This document shows positions 1 to 8,350 of a stretch of 64,000 bases of DNA, one piece after another. This DNA comes from Gemmatimonas sp. (GTDB taxonomy: Bacteria; Gemmatimonadota; Gemmatimonadetes; Gemmatimonadales; Gemmatimonadaceae): contig OZ257156.1 in NCBI GenBank assembly GCA_965279375.1, forward strand, positions 3,104,001 through 3,168,000. The letters are read 5' to 3'. Position 1 is the stretch's first letter. Each line of letters starts with the position of its first letter. Made by a program: the position numbers and the translations under genes. The notes below the pieces were generated by a model, which was given only the letters and a program-made list of their open reading frames with translations, made no database searches and had not been told where the DNA came from.

Positions 1-2
1 TG

Positions 3-113
3 GCGGGGTGGCAGATGGCCCGGACGCAGCGGGTGGAGCGGGGGTTCTATCGCTCGCAGGCGTATGAGTTGCATCGTTATGACGGCGCCGCGGTATCCCC
101 GCGCGCTGGTTGA
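3..113 (+). CDS. bchM: Mg-protoporphyrin IX methyltransferase, 3' end (truncated by window edge)
   Basis: Manual translation AGWQMARTQRVERGFYRSQAYELHRY...* resembles the BchM C-terminus (RTxRxxxGFYxSQAxEL). Position upstream of acsF/lhaA fits bchFNBHLM. Confidence 0.75.
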   Translation, partial: AGWQMARTQRVERGFYRSQAYELHRYDGAAVSPRAG

Positions 114-138
114 TCAATCAGGAGAGGGGATAGGACGG

Positions 139-471
139 ATGATGATGCCGGTATGGGGCGCGATAGCCGTTGCAGGCGCAGGGATCGCGTTCTGGTATGT
201 CGCGACGCGACGCACGGAAGTGCCGTGCACTGTGGATCTCGAAGCGAGCCACGACCATTTCCACGCGCACGTGGATCTCAAGGGCGTGGAAGTCGATCCG
301 GGTGACGAGGTGCTGGTGCACAACACGCCGACGCGCGTGCCGTTTGGAACGCAGCGCACCTTCGAAAGCACCGCCACGGTGCAGCGCGCGAGCTGGCTTC
401 GTCGCCAGTTCGTGAAGCTCACGGGCGGGACCGAGCTGTATGAACTCTACGACGTCGGTTTCGAGGGCTAA
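139..471 (+). CDS. bciE: BciE-like accessory protein of the O2-dependent cyclase, with an N-terminal hydrophobic segment
   Basis: EVPCTVDLE..HFHAHVDL..V.PGDEVLVH...TATVQRAS.L..LTG matches the alphaproteobacterial BciE pattern as I recall it. Lies directly upstream of acsF; purine-rich AGGAGAGG/AGGA upstream of ATG 139. Confidence 0.75.
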   Translation: MMMPVWGAIAVAGAGIAFWYVATRRTEVPCTVDLEASHDHFHAHVDLKGVEVDPGDEVLVHNTPTRVPFGTQRTFESTATVQRASWLRRQFVKLTGGTELYELYDVGFEG

Positions 472-477
472 CCGCAC

Positions 478-1563
478 ATGTACAACACCGCTACTGAACT
501 CCCGACGCGCGCCTATGCGGCGCCGAACGAGTCCACCAAGTCCGCGCAGCAGAACGCGATGCTCAGCCCGCGTTTCTACACGACGGACTTCAAGGCGATG
601 GACAGCCTCAAGATCGCGCCGGAAAGCCGGCAGATGTGGGACGACATCCTCGCGGAATTCCGCCGCGATCCCAACAAGGATCACTTCAAGCGCAACGCCG
701 ATTTCGACGCCGATTTCTCGGCGATGGATCCCGAGCTGCGCACGCAGTTCATCGATTTTCTCGTGTCGTCGGTGACCGCCGAATTCAGCGGCTGCATTCT
801 GTACGCCGAAGTGAAGAAGCGCATCAAGAACCCGGATGTGCGCGAACTGTTCGGCTTCATGAGCCGTGACGAAGGGCGCCACGCCGGTTTCATCAACCAC
901 ACGCTGAACGACTTCGATGTCGCGGTCGATCTCAGCTTTTTGACGAAGGCGAAGAAGTACACGTTCTTCCAGCCCAAGTTCATCTATTACGCCACGTACC
1001 TCTCCGAGAAGATCGGCTACGCGCGCTACATCACGATCTACCGCAACTTCGAGCAGAAGCCCGACAAGCGCTTCCACCCGATCTTCAAGTGGTTCGAGAA
1101 CTGGTGCCTCGACGAGTTCCGTCACGGCGAAGCGTTTGCGGTGCTGATGCGCTCCAACCCGGAGTTCCTCGAAGGACGTAACCGGTTGTGGATCCGCTTC
1201 TTCCTGCTCGCGGTCTTCTGTACGATGTATGTGCGTGACCATGCGCGGAGCGCATTCTTCGCGAACATGGGGCTCGACGTCGAAGAGTTCGATCGCAAGG
1301 TCATCAAGCTGACGAACCTCATCAGCCGCCAGGTCTTCCCGCACACGATCGATACGGAGAGCGAAGAGTTCTGGGCCCTGCTCAACCGCATGTGGCGCAA
1401 TACCGACGCGATGCGCCAGGCGGAAGAGAAGGGCGGCATGTTCTCGACGATCAAGGTGACGTTGCTCAAGGCGGCCAACGCGCTGACGTTCGTGCAGCTG
1501 TTCCTGCGTCCCCCGCACAAGCAGGCGTTGCCGGCCGACGTCCGCATGCAGCCGGTCTGGTAA
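478..1563 (+). CDS. acsF: O2-dependent Mg-protoporphyrin IX monomethyl ester cyclase
   Basis: LSPRFYTTDF, AEFSGCILY, DEGRHAG, SEKIGYARY and DEFRHGE diiron motifs. Confidence 0.98.
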   Translation: MYNTATELPTRAYAAPNESTKSAQQNAMLSPRFYTTDFKAMDSLKIAPESRQMWDDILAEFRRDPNKDHFKRNADFDADFSAMDPELRTQFIDFLVSSVTAEFSGCILYAEVKKRIKNPDVRELFGFMSRDEGRHAGFINHTLNDFDVAVDLSFLTKAKKYTFFQPKFIYYATYLSEKIGYARYITIYRNFEQKPDKRFHPIFKWFENWCLDEFRHGEAFAVLMRSNPEFLEGRNRLWIRFFLLAVFCTMYVRDHARSAFFANMGLDVEEFDRKVIKLTNLISRQVFPHTIDTESEEFWALLNRMWRNTDAMRQAEEKGGMFSTIKVTLLKAANALTFVQLFLRPPHKQALPADVRMQPVW

Positions 1564-1567
1564 GCGC

Positions 1568-3028
1568 ATGAGCGAGACGTCCAAGACATCCTCGGTGGCC
1601 ATTCGCACGTGGCAGAAGTTCGGCACGAGCATCCTACCGTTCGCCGATGTCGCGACGGCGGAATTGCCGCTCAGCCGCCTCATGCGGCTGGCGCTCTTCC
1701 AGCTGTCGGTGGGCATGGTGCAGACGCTGTTCGTCGGCACGCTCAATCGCGTCATGATTCTCGAGCTGCGGGTGCCAGCGTCGCTGGTGGCCATCATGCT
1801 CGCGATTCCGTTGCTCGTCGCGCCGTTCCGGGCGCTCGTCGGCTTCAAGTCGGACACGCACCGCAGCGTGCTGGGATGGAAACGCGTGCCGTACCTCTGG
1901 GGCGGCACGCTGCTGCAGTTCTCCGGCTTGTCGATCATGCCGTTCGCGTTGCTCGTACTATCCGACGGCCCGCGCACGGGACCGGTGTGGGGCGGCTACG
2001 TGGGCACTGCGATCGCGTTCCTGCTGGTTGGCGCGGGTGCACACACCACGCAGACGGCGGGTCTCGCGCTCGCGACCGACGTGGTGTCGGAAGACAAGCG
2101 ACCGCGCGTGATCGCGCTGATGTATCTCATGATGCTGCTGGGCACCTTGGTCAGCGCGTTGATCCTCGAGGGGCTGCTGCGCGACTTCAATCCGACCAAG
2201 CTGATCCAGGTCATTCAGGGCACGGCGGTGTTCACGGTGTTCGTGAATCTGATGTCGCTCTGGAAGCAGGAAGCGCGGGTGCGCGGCGTGGAAGAGTACA
2301 AGAAGGGCGAACGGCGTCCGATGTTCCGCGACGCGTGGCGTACCTTCGCCGCCGGTGGACAGGCGGTGCGACTGCTGGTGGCGTCGGGGTTGGGCTTCTT
2401 CGCCTTCAACCTGCAGGACGTGCTGCTGGAGCCCTATGGCGGCGAAATTCTTGGTCTCAGCGTCTCGCAGACCACGCTTTTGACAGGTATCATGGCGGTA
2501 GGCGCGGTCGCCGCATTTGCGCTGTCGGCGGCGATGCTGCGTCGACACCACGATCCGATTCGGTTGGCAGCGCTTGGCGTGCTGATCGGCGTGGCGGGGT
2601 TCGCGATGATCGTCTTTGCAAGTCCGCTCGAATCAGCGGCGCTGTTCCGCCTTGGCGTGATGCTGATCGGTTTTGGCGAAGGCTTCTTTGGTGTGGGAAC
2701 GCTCTCGTTCGCGATGCAGATGCGGGATCCGTCGCAGCACGGCATTGCACTGGGCGCGTGGGGCGCGGTGTTCGCCACGGCCGAGGGGCTCTCCTTCGCT
2801 CTCAGTGGCGTGATGAAGGACTGGCTGTCGCATCTGGTGCAGCGCGGAGCACTGAGCCCCGGGTTGAACCTGCCGTCGGTGCCGTACTCGGTCGTGTACC
2901 ATCTCGAAATTCTGGTGCTGTTCGCGACGCTCGTCGCACTTGGACCTCTCGTAGCCCGTCGCGCCGTCGGTCAAGCCGAGCGTGACCGCAGCGCGCGCCC
3001 GTTCGGGCTCGCTGATCTTCCTGCTTGA
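1568..3028 (+). CDS. lhaA: PucC/LhaA-family MFS protein for light-harvesting complex assembly
   Basis: [53 protein letters not shown]; located upstream of puhA. Confidence 0.93.
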   Translation: MSETSKTSSVAIRTWQKFGTSILPFADVATAELPLSRLMRLALFQLSVGMVQTLFVGTLNRVMILELRVPASLVAIMLAIPLLVAPFRALVGFKSDTHRSVLGWKRVPYLWGGTLLQFSGLSIMPFALLVLSDGPRTGPVWGGYVGTAIAFLLVGAGAHTTQTAGLALATDVVSEDKRPRVIALMYLMMLLGTLVSALILEGLLRDFNPTKLIQVIQGTAVFTVFVNLMSLWKQEARVRGVEEYKKGERRPMFRDAWRTFAAGGQAVRLLVASGLGFFAFNLQDVLLEPYGGEILGLSVSQTTLLTGIMAVGAVAAFALSAAMLRRHHDPIRLAALGVLIGVAGFAMIVFASPLESAALFRLGVMLIGFGEGFFGVGTLSFAMQMRDPSQHGIALGAWGAVFATAEGLSFALSGVMKDWLSHLVQRGALSPGLNLPSVPYSVVYHLEILVLFATLVALGPLVARRAVGQAERDRSARPFGLADLPA

Positions 3029-3056
3029 CCACCCTTCAACGCACGGAGCTGTTGCC

Positions 3057-3257
3057 ATGCAATACATCGATGGGGCACAGATCGCCCTGTACGCCTTCTG
3101 GATCTTTTTCGCCGGGTTGATCATCTACATCCGTCGGGAAGACAAGCGCGAAGGGTACCCGCTCGAGTCTCCGCAGGGTCCGCGCGACGGGTGGCCGAAA
3201 TCGGCCGGCCCGAAGAAGTTCATTCATCGGCCGCATGGCGGCGAAGGGACGCACTGA
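3057..3257 (+). CDS. puhA: Reaction centre H subunit, N-terminal transmembrane polypeptide (H1)
   Basis: [36 protein letters not shown] is the RC-H N-terminal TM helix plus REGYPL motif. GGAG RBS upstream; 66 aa. Confidence 0.92.
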   Translation: MQYIDGAQIALYAFWIFFAGLIIYIRREDKREGYPLESPQGPRDGWPKSAGPKKFIHRPHGGEGTH

Positions 3258-3799
3258 TGTCTGAGATCAAGGCGGTGCCGGTCGACCACTTCAACGGGTC
3301 GCCGCTCATTCCGACGGGCAATCCGATGATCGATGGTGTCGGTCCGGCCTCCTGGGCCAATCGCGCCGACGAGCCCGATCGCACGTTCCACGGCGCGCCG
3401 AAGATCGTGCCGATGCGTCTCGATCCGACGTTCTCTGTCGCCAAGGGCGATCCCGATCCGCGCGGCCTGCCGGTCTATGCGCTCGACAAGCAGGTCGCCG
3501 GTACGGTCGTCGAGTTGTGGGTCGATCGCGCCGAGCCGCAGATCCGCTACTACGAGGTGAAGCTGGCCGACGGCGGACGTCATGTCATGCTGCCCTCCGG
3601 TTACGTGCAGTGGCCGAACTTCGGTCTCTGGGGCAACGATCGTCTGCTCGTGAAGGCGATCACATCGACGCAGTTCTCCGATGTCCCGGCGATCAAGCGC
3701 GACGACCAGATCACGCTGCTCGAGGAAGACAAGGTCATGGCGTACTATGCCGGTGGGCATCTGTACGCGACGGCTGCCCGGAGTGAGCCGCTTCTATGA
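3257..3799 (+). CDS. puhA: Reaction centre H subunit, cytoplasmic PRC-barrel polypeptide (H2)
   Basis: PTGNPMIDGVGPASWANR, DPDPRGLPV, LWVDRAE..IRYYEV, QITLLEEDK..YYAGG. The start overlaps the H1 stop (TGATG). Confidence 0.92.
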   Translation: MSEIKAVPVDHFNGSPLIPTGNPMIDGVGPASWANRADEPDRTFHGAPKIVPMRLDPTFSVAKGDPDPRGLPVYALDKQVAGTVVELWVDRAEPQIRYYEVKLADGGRHVMLPSGYVQWPNFGLWGNDRLLVKAITSTQFSDVPAIKRDDQITLLEEDKVMAYYAGGHLYATAARSEPLL

Positions 3800-4479
3800 C
3801 GACCCAAGGGGCGGGCGCGTCCGCGGAGGCCAAGCAGTACATCCGCGGCGTGCCCCACCCGTTGCCCGCGGGTGAGCACGTCCTCTGGGAAGGTGCGCCG
3901 GACGCCGGCGCGATGGCGACGCATGTCTTCCATCGCCGTTTGTTCATGCTCTACTTCGCCGGCATGATCGCGTGGTGGATGTTCACCACGACGCAAACGT
4001 TCGGCAGTGCGGAGTTTCTCACGGGCTTGGCCGTGCGTGCAGGACTGTCGGCGATCGCACTCGCGGTCGTCGAGATCATCGCGCGCGTCTCTGCACGCAC
4101 GACGTGGTATGCGATCACCAACAAGCGCATCGTGTTCAAGGTCGGCATGGTCATTCCCATGTCCATCAACATTCCGTTCACGATCGTGGAGTCGGCGGGC
4201 GTTGGGCAGTTCAAGGACGGCACGGGGCAGATCCGCGTCGTGCTTGGCAAGGATCATCGCCTCGCGTACATCGCGCTCTGGCCGCACTGCCGCGTGTTCA
4301 ACACCGGCAATCCGGAGCCGATCCTGCGCGGCCTGACCGATGCCAACACCGTGGGCGCGCTGCTCGCGAACGCCGTAGCCGAGGCGGCGGCGAACGACGA
4401 GAACACGCGTATCGACCGGACGGCATCGCGCGGTCCGTCGCTCGAGCGCAACGCGCTGCCGCAGCCCGTCGGCGCGTAA
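3796..4479 (+). CDS. puhB: Photosynthetic complex assembly protein PuhB
   Basis: LPAGEHVLWEGAP, YAITNKRIV, LWPH, PEPILRGL; follows puhA. Confidence 0.92.
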   Translation: MTTQGAGASAEAKQYIRGVPHPLPAGEHVLWEGAPDAGAMATHVFHRRLFMLYFAGMIAWWMFTTTQTFGSAEFLTGLAVRAGLSAIALAVVEIIARVSARTTWYAITNKRIVFKVGMVIPMSINIPFTIVESAGVGQFKDGTGQIRVVLGKDHRLAYIALWPHCRVFNTGNPEPILRGLTDANTVGALLANAVAEAAANDENTRIDRTASRGPSLERNALPQPVGA

Positions 4480-4558
4480 CGCCAACACATCGCCGTTCGA
4501 TCCGTCGTCATTCGATGCCTCGCACGTCGATTCTTATTTCTCGTTCCAGAAGCCTTCG

Positions 4559-5071
4559 ATGAGCGGTCCCATTCATTTCGAGCCGGAACCGGGCGCACGA
4601 CCCGGCGCAGAAGCGACGATGCACGTGCCCAAGCCGGCACTCATCATGGCCGCTGCGCTCGTCGTGGTCGTCTTTGCGCTCGCCATCTCCGCGCGCGTGT
4701 TCGGATTCGGTGCATTCCGCGAGACCGCGTCCACCGTGCTTGCCGAGCGACAGCTCACGTTTACTGACGCGCCCGACGCCGGCATCATCGTGGAGGACGC
4801 CAAGACGCACACCGTCGCGGCACATCTGCCGCCGGCCAGCAACGGATTTCTGCGCGGTGCGTTGCGTGCGTTGACCCGCGCCCGCAATCTCGCCGGCATT
4901 GGCGCCGAACAGCCGTTCCGCCTCGTGCGCTACACCGACGGCCGCTTGGTGCTGCACGATCCGGCCACCACGCAGAGCGTCACCATCACGAGCTTCGGCC
5001 CGACGCAGATCGAAGCGTTCGACAAGCTGCTCGTGGTCGGACCGGAACCGCATCAGGTGTCGGCACACTAG
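4559..5071 (+). CDS. puhC: Photosynthetic complex assembly protein PuhC
   Basis: One TM, GFLRGALRAL.R.R, PFRL...DGRLVLHDPAT, SFGPT..AF. Confidence 0.9.
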   Translation: MSGPIHFEPEPGARPGAEATMHVPKPALIMAAALVVVVFALAISARVFGFGAFRETASTVLAERQLTFTDAPDAGIIVEDAKTHTVAAHLPPASNGFLRGALRALTRARNLAGIGAEQPFRLVRYTDGRLVLHDPATTQSVTITSFGPTQIEAFDKLLVVGPEPHQVSAH

Positions 5072-5134
5072 CGCCGCTGCTGGTCTGAGCTCTCGTCACT
5101 CCGCGTTGCGGATAGCGCGCGACTCCCGAGTACG

Positions 5135-5186
5135 ACAACATCACGCCACAGCATCTCGCCACAACATCGCGCCACAACATCACGCG
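5135..5186. repeat. 4 x 13-bp tandem repeat (ACAACATCNCGCC)
   Basis: ACAACATCACGCC-ACAGCATCTCGCC-ACAACATCGCGCC-ACAACATCACGCG, with no spacers. Confidence 0.85.
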
Positions 5187-5193
5187 ACGGACG

Positions 5194-6960
5194 TCAACGG
5201 GATTCCCGCTGGCCCGTCGCGTTGACGTTTACGGTGCACGCGAGATCAGGCCCGGACCGCATGCGGCGGAAGAACACGATGCTCACCGTGAGCTGCAGTG
5301 ATCCGTCCGGCGGGAAACGTCCCGTGAGTCGCGTGATCAATGCCGTACTGGTGCGCGCCTGGTCCGGCATGATGCGGGGCGTCGACGCGAAGAACCCCTC
5401 GCGATCCACGTTGCTCGGGAATGTGTCGCCGCCATCGAAGGCAATCACCAGCGTGTCGGCGTTGGGCAGATGCAGGACCGTCGCGCGATCGACCGTCTGC
5501 GGCGCCCGCGTCCACACCGACGTACACTCCTTCGAGCCCACCGCAGTCGCTGCCCCGTAGCGCACGAGATAGCGACCGGCCACGCCGCGTGCGCGCATCC
5601 CGTTGTCGACCGCCGCCACGGCCGGCGCTTTCCCCTTCGCTCGAGCGTCGCGCGACGCCGACATCTCTGCGCCCGTCATCGTTGGCGCGCTGCCGGCGGC
5701 GCGGAAGCGCACCGTGCTGCCGAACTCGGTGATGATCTGCTCGACGTCGTCCTTTCGCACTTCATGGCGCAGGCCGGTGCGCATATCGCGAAATACAACC
5801 GTGCCGCTTCGCACGATGTCCACGCGCCCCACCATGCGCGTGCCGTCGGTCAGCACGAGCTCGTCGAATGCAACGTTGGTTGGGCGTGCCGGCGTGAGCG
5901 ACGTGGCGGCCGTCGGCACTGACGAGCCACTCGCGCGACGTGCCGGCTCCACGAACATCATTCGAGCGGAGTCCGCGCCGGATCCCGGGAGCGCGGCGCG
6001 CGTGATCGACGGGACACCCGGCGCTGCGCCCGCCGCAACGGCGCCCATTGCGTTTGCACTGAGCGGGGGCGCGGTCGCCAGCCCGGCGCGCGCGCTGTCG
6101 AGAATGGCCGCGCTCACTCCTGATGTGCGCTGCGTGCTGTCGGCATTCACAGCGGTATTCGCAGCGGTATTCGCAGCGCTGGTCGTCGCGCGCGACGTGA
6201 CGCTGTCCAGCGGCGCCGGTTCCGCCTGCGCGCGCGCGGCGAGTTCGCGTTCGGCCTTCCGATCCTGTCGAATGGACACGGCCATACGAGCGATGAACAG
6301 CAGATACGACGTGCCCGCGAGAATGACCATCGTGCGCACGAACTTGGGGCTCAGCGACGGCAGCGAGGTTGGACGCATCGGTGCCGATCCCCGCGCCATC
6401 GGTCGCGTCGTCGCGCGTGCGTTGGCGCGCGGCGCTGGACGCGCAGCGCTCACGCGCACAGGTGCGTTCGTCGCGCGCGGCGTGAGGGCACCTGCGCGAG
6501 GTGCACCGACCGCTGGGTTCGCTCCACTCGGCGCAACCGCCGCGCTGCGCGTTGGTGTGGACGATCGCTGTATCGTGACCGGGCTCGGCGGCTTGGGCGG
6601 TGGCGCAACGCGCAGCAACTCCTCGGGGATCACGCCAAGCGCGAACCCCCACGTCTCCGCGGCCCAGCGCGCCATCTCCGGCTGCACAAAGCGTTCGGCC
6701 GACCATCGCATCACGAACGGCGAGGAGAGTGCGTCCCATCGCGCCGATTCGAGCGGCTGGTCCGGCAGGCGCTCACGCCAACCGCGGCGAATCGCCTCTA
6801 GCAATAGTTCGGCGAGTGGCCGCGCGTCGCTCCCCGTCTCGTCCAGGAGGCGATTGCGAAAGAGCGCGAGCGACGCGTCATCCCATTCCGGCGTGCCTTG
6901 CGCCAGCAGCATGCGCAACGCGTCGCGCATGCGCGCACGCGGATCGGCGAAGGTGGTCAT
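5194..6960 (-). CDS. Hypothetical single-pass membrane protein (N-terminal helical domain, Pro/Ala linker, TM, extracytoplasmic beta domains); paralogue of 7034-8341
   Basis: N-terminal LLDETGSDARPLAELLL..RFVQPEMARWAAETWGFALGV; TM MVILAGTSYLLFIARMAVSI; C-terminal RGVAGRY..GSKEC..LAC. Start uncertain (6960 or 6987). Confidence 0.75.
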   Translation of the reverse strand: MTTFADPRARMRDALRMLLAQGTPEWDDASLALFRNRLLDETGSDARPLAELLLEAIRRGWRERLPDQPLESARWDALSSPFVMRWSAERFVQPEMARWAAETWGFALGVIPEELLRVAPPPKPPSPVTIQRSSTPTRSAAVAPSGANPAVGAPRAGALTPRATNAPVRVSAARPAPRANARATTRPMARGSAPMRPTSLPSLSPKFVRTMVILAGTSYLLFIARMAVSIRQDRKAERELAARAQAEPAPLDSVTSRATTSAANTAANTAVNADSTQRTSGVSAAILDSARAGLATAPPLSANAMGAVAAGAAPGVPSITRAALPGSGADSARMMFVEPARRASGSSVPTAATSLTPARPTNVAFDELVLTDGTRMVGRVDIVRSGTVVFRDMRTGLRHEVRKDDVEQIITEFGSTVRFRAAGSAPTMTGAEMSASRDARAKGKAPAVAAVDNGMRARGVAGRYLVRYGAATAVGSKECTSVWTRAPQTVDRATVLHLPNADTLVIAFDGGDTFPSNVDREGFFASTPRIMPDQARTSTALITRLTGRFPPDGSLQLTVSIVFFRRMRSGPDLACTVNVNATGQRESR

Positions 6961-7033
6961 GCCGATGCACCCATGCACGCCAAGCATGGCGAACGACGCG
7001 CCGCAGCGCTGTGTGCTCGGACCAGAAGGCGCA

Positions 7034-8341
7034 TCATTCCGCCAGCCGCTCGCCGATCAGTTCAGCCACGATCGCGCACTCCTGTGTGCGCGCCCAGCGC
7101 AGAATCGCTGCGGTCGTCGTGTGCGTCTCGGCGATGAAGCCGTCGGGCGTGAAGCGGCCGCTCATGCGAAACTGCCACGTCACGCCGTCGGTGGTGCCGG
7201 TCATCGGCCCCGCGTCGAAGAACGCATCGGGCGTCAGTGAGCCCACCACATCGCGCGAGGCGAGCGTGAAGCTGAATGTGCCCGGCGTGTGCGTGATCAC
7301 TTCGACCGTTGTACGACCCTTCGCCAGCGCATCCGCGACGCGAGAGCAGCTCGGGCTCCCGGTCACCTGCACGCCGTGCTGCCGCACGCGGTAACGCCCG
7401 CCGACGCCACGCGAGATCAGATGCGGTCCGTCGAGTGGTGCCGAGACGGTTGGGGTGAGCGCCGCGATTTCGGCCGCCGTGGTCGGTGCGCCGGCGGTGG
7501 CCGGGATCGGTTGCATCGGGCCAACCGCCGCGACGCCGATCGAGTCCGCGGTGCTGCCCGCAGAGACCACGGGCAATCCTGCGGTCGCCGCTACAGAGTC
7601 CGTCTTGCGACCCGACAACGCGAAGTACGCCGCAACAAAAACGCCGACCGCCGCGAACGCGATGGCCCCCAGCGACCAGCGCTCGAGGCGACGCAGCTGC
7701 GCGAGTTGTGCGGCATTCATCGCCGGCGAGAGCGTGCGCCAACGCGGTCGTACCGCGCGCGCCATGGCCGGATGCGCCATCGCCGGGTGCGGCGTGTTCA
7801 GCGTGGCAAAGGGTGCACTTGGCGTCGCGCGCGCCCCAAACTTCGAGCGCTTGGGTGCCGGTGGCGGCAGCGGCACCGGCCGCGCGTACGGTGCCGTGCG
7901 CGGCGGAGGTGCCGTGGCCGCCCCACCGATCGACGGCGCGTGGCTGGCGGCGGATGCGTTCGCTGTTGACGCACCGTCGGACGCCATTGCGAGCGCTGGC
8001 TGCACGATCTGCGTCGGCGCCACATCGAGCGCGGCTCCCCAGGCGTCCACCAGCCACCGTGCGACATCGGGCTGCAGATAGCGCGTCGCCACGAGCTGGT
8101 GCACCAGCGGTGCGCGGCGCGTGTCCCACGGTGCACGCACGTCCTGTCGCTGCAGTCGAGGACGCACGAGTGCGCCAGTGGACAGCAACAGGTCCACGAG
8201 CGGTCGATGATCACTGCCGCACTCGTCGAGCAGCAGATTCAGGAACTGCGACGGCGCCGTGTCGAGTAGCGCCGCGTGTGCGCGATACGTCGTCGCGAGC
8301 GCGCTCGCCGTGCGCAGGAAGGCGTCGTGGGCGCTCGACAC
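7034..8341 (-). CDS. Hypothetical single-pass membrane protein, paralogue of 5194-6960
   Basis: LLDECGSDHRPLVDLLL..RYLQPDVARWLVDAWGAALDV; TM WSLGAIAFAAVGVFVAAYFAL; C-terminal RGVGGRY..GSPSC..QEC. GTG start 9 bp after the kinase stop. Confidence 0.75.
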   Translation of the reverse strand: MSSAHDAFLRTASALATTYRAHAALLDTAPSQFLNLLLDECGSDHRPLVDLLLSTGALVRPRLQRQDVRAPWDTRRAPLVHQLVATRYLQPDVARWLVDAWGAALDVAPTQIVQPALAMASDGASTANASAASHAPSIGGAATAPPPRTAPYARPVPLPPPAPKRSKFGARATPSAPFATLNTPHPAMAHPAMARAVRPRWRTLSPAMNAAQLAQLRRLERWSLGAIAFAAVGVFVAAYFALSGRKTDSVAATAGLPVVSAGSTADSIGVAAVGPMQPIPATAGAPTTAAEIAALTPTVSAPLDGPHLISRGVGGRYRVRQHGVQVTGSPSCSRVADALAKGRTTVEVITHTPGTFSFTLASRDVVGSLTPDAFFDAGPMTGTTDGVTWQFRMSGRFTPDGFIAETHTTTAAILRWARTQECAIVAELIGERLAE

Positions 8342-8350
8342 GCGATGTGC

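Noticed and set aside
118..1977. Long antisense or alternative-frame ORFs (e.g. 118-1977 -, 5603-7240 +, 8276-9766 +, 38697-40640 +, 55984-57792 -)
   Set aside because: Shadow ORFs of well-supported genes in high-GC DNA; Arg/Ala-rich with no family motifs.
3057..3799. puhA as a frameshifted pseudogene
   Set aside because: Clean TGATG coupling, intact motifs in both parts, and a split H subunit is known in this lineage.
5135..5186. Mini-CRISPR
   Set aside because: Units are 13 bp and contiguous with no spacers, and there are no cas genes.
6150..6178. 12-bp tandem repeat in the membrane protein gene (AANT AANT)
   Set aside because: In-frame low-complexity linker slippage; no evidence of phase variation.
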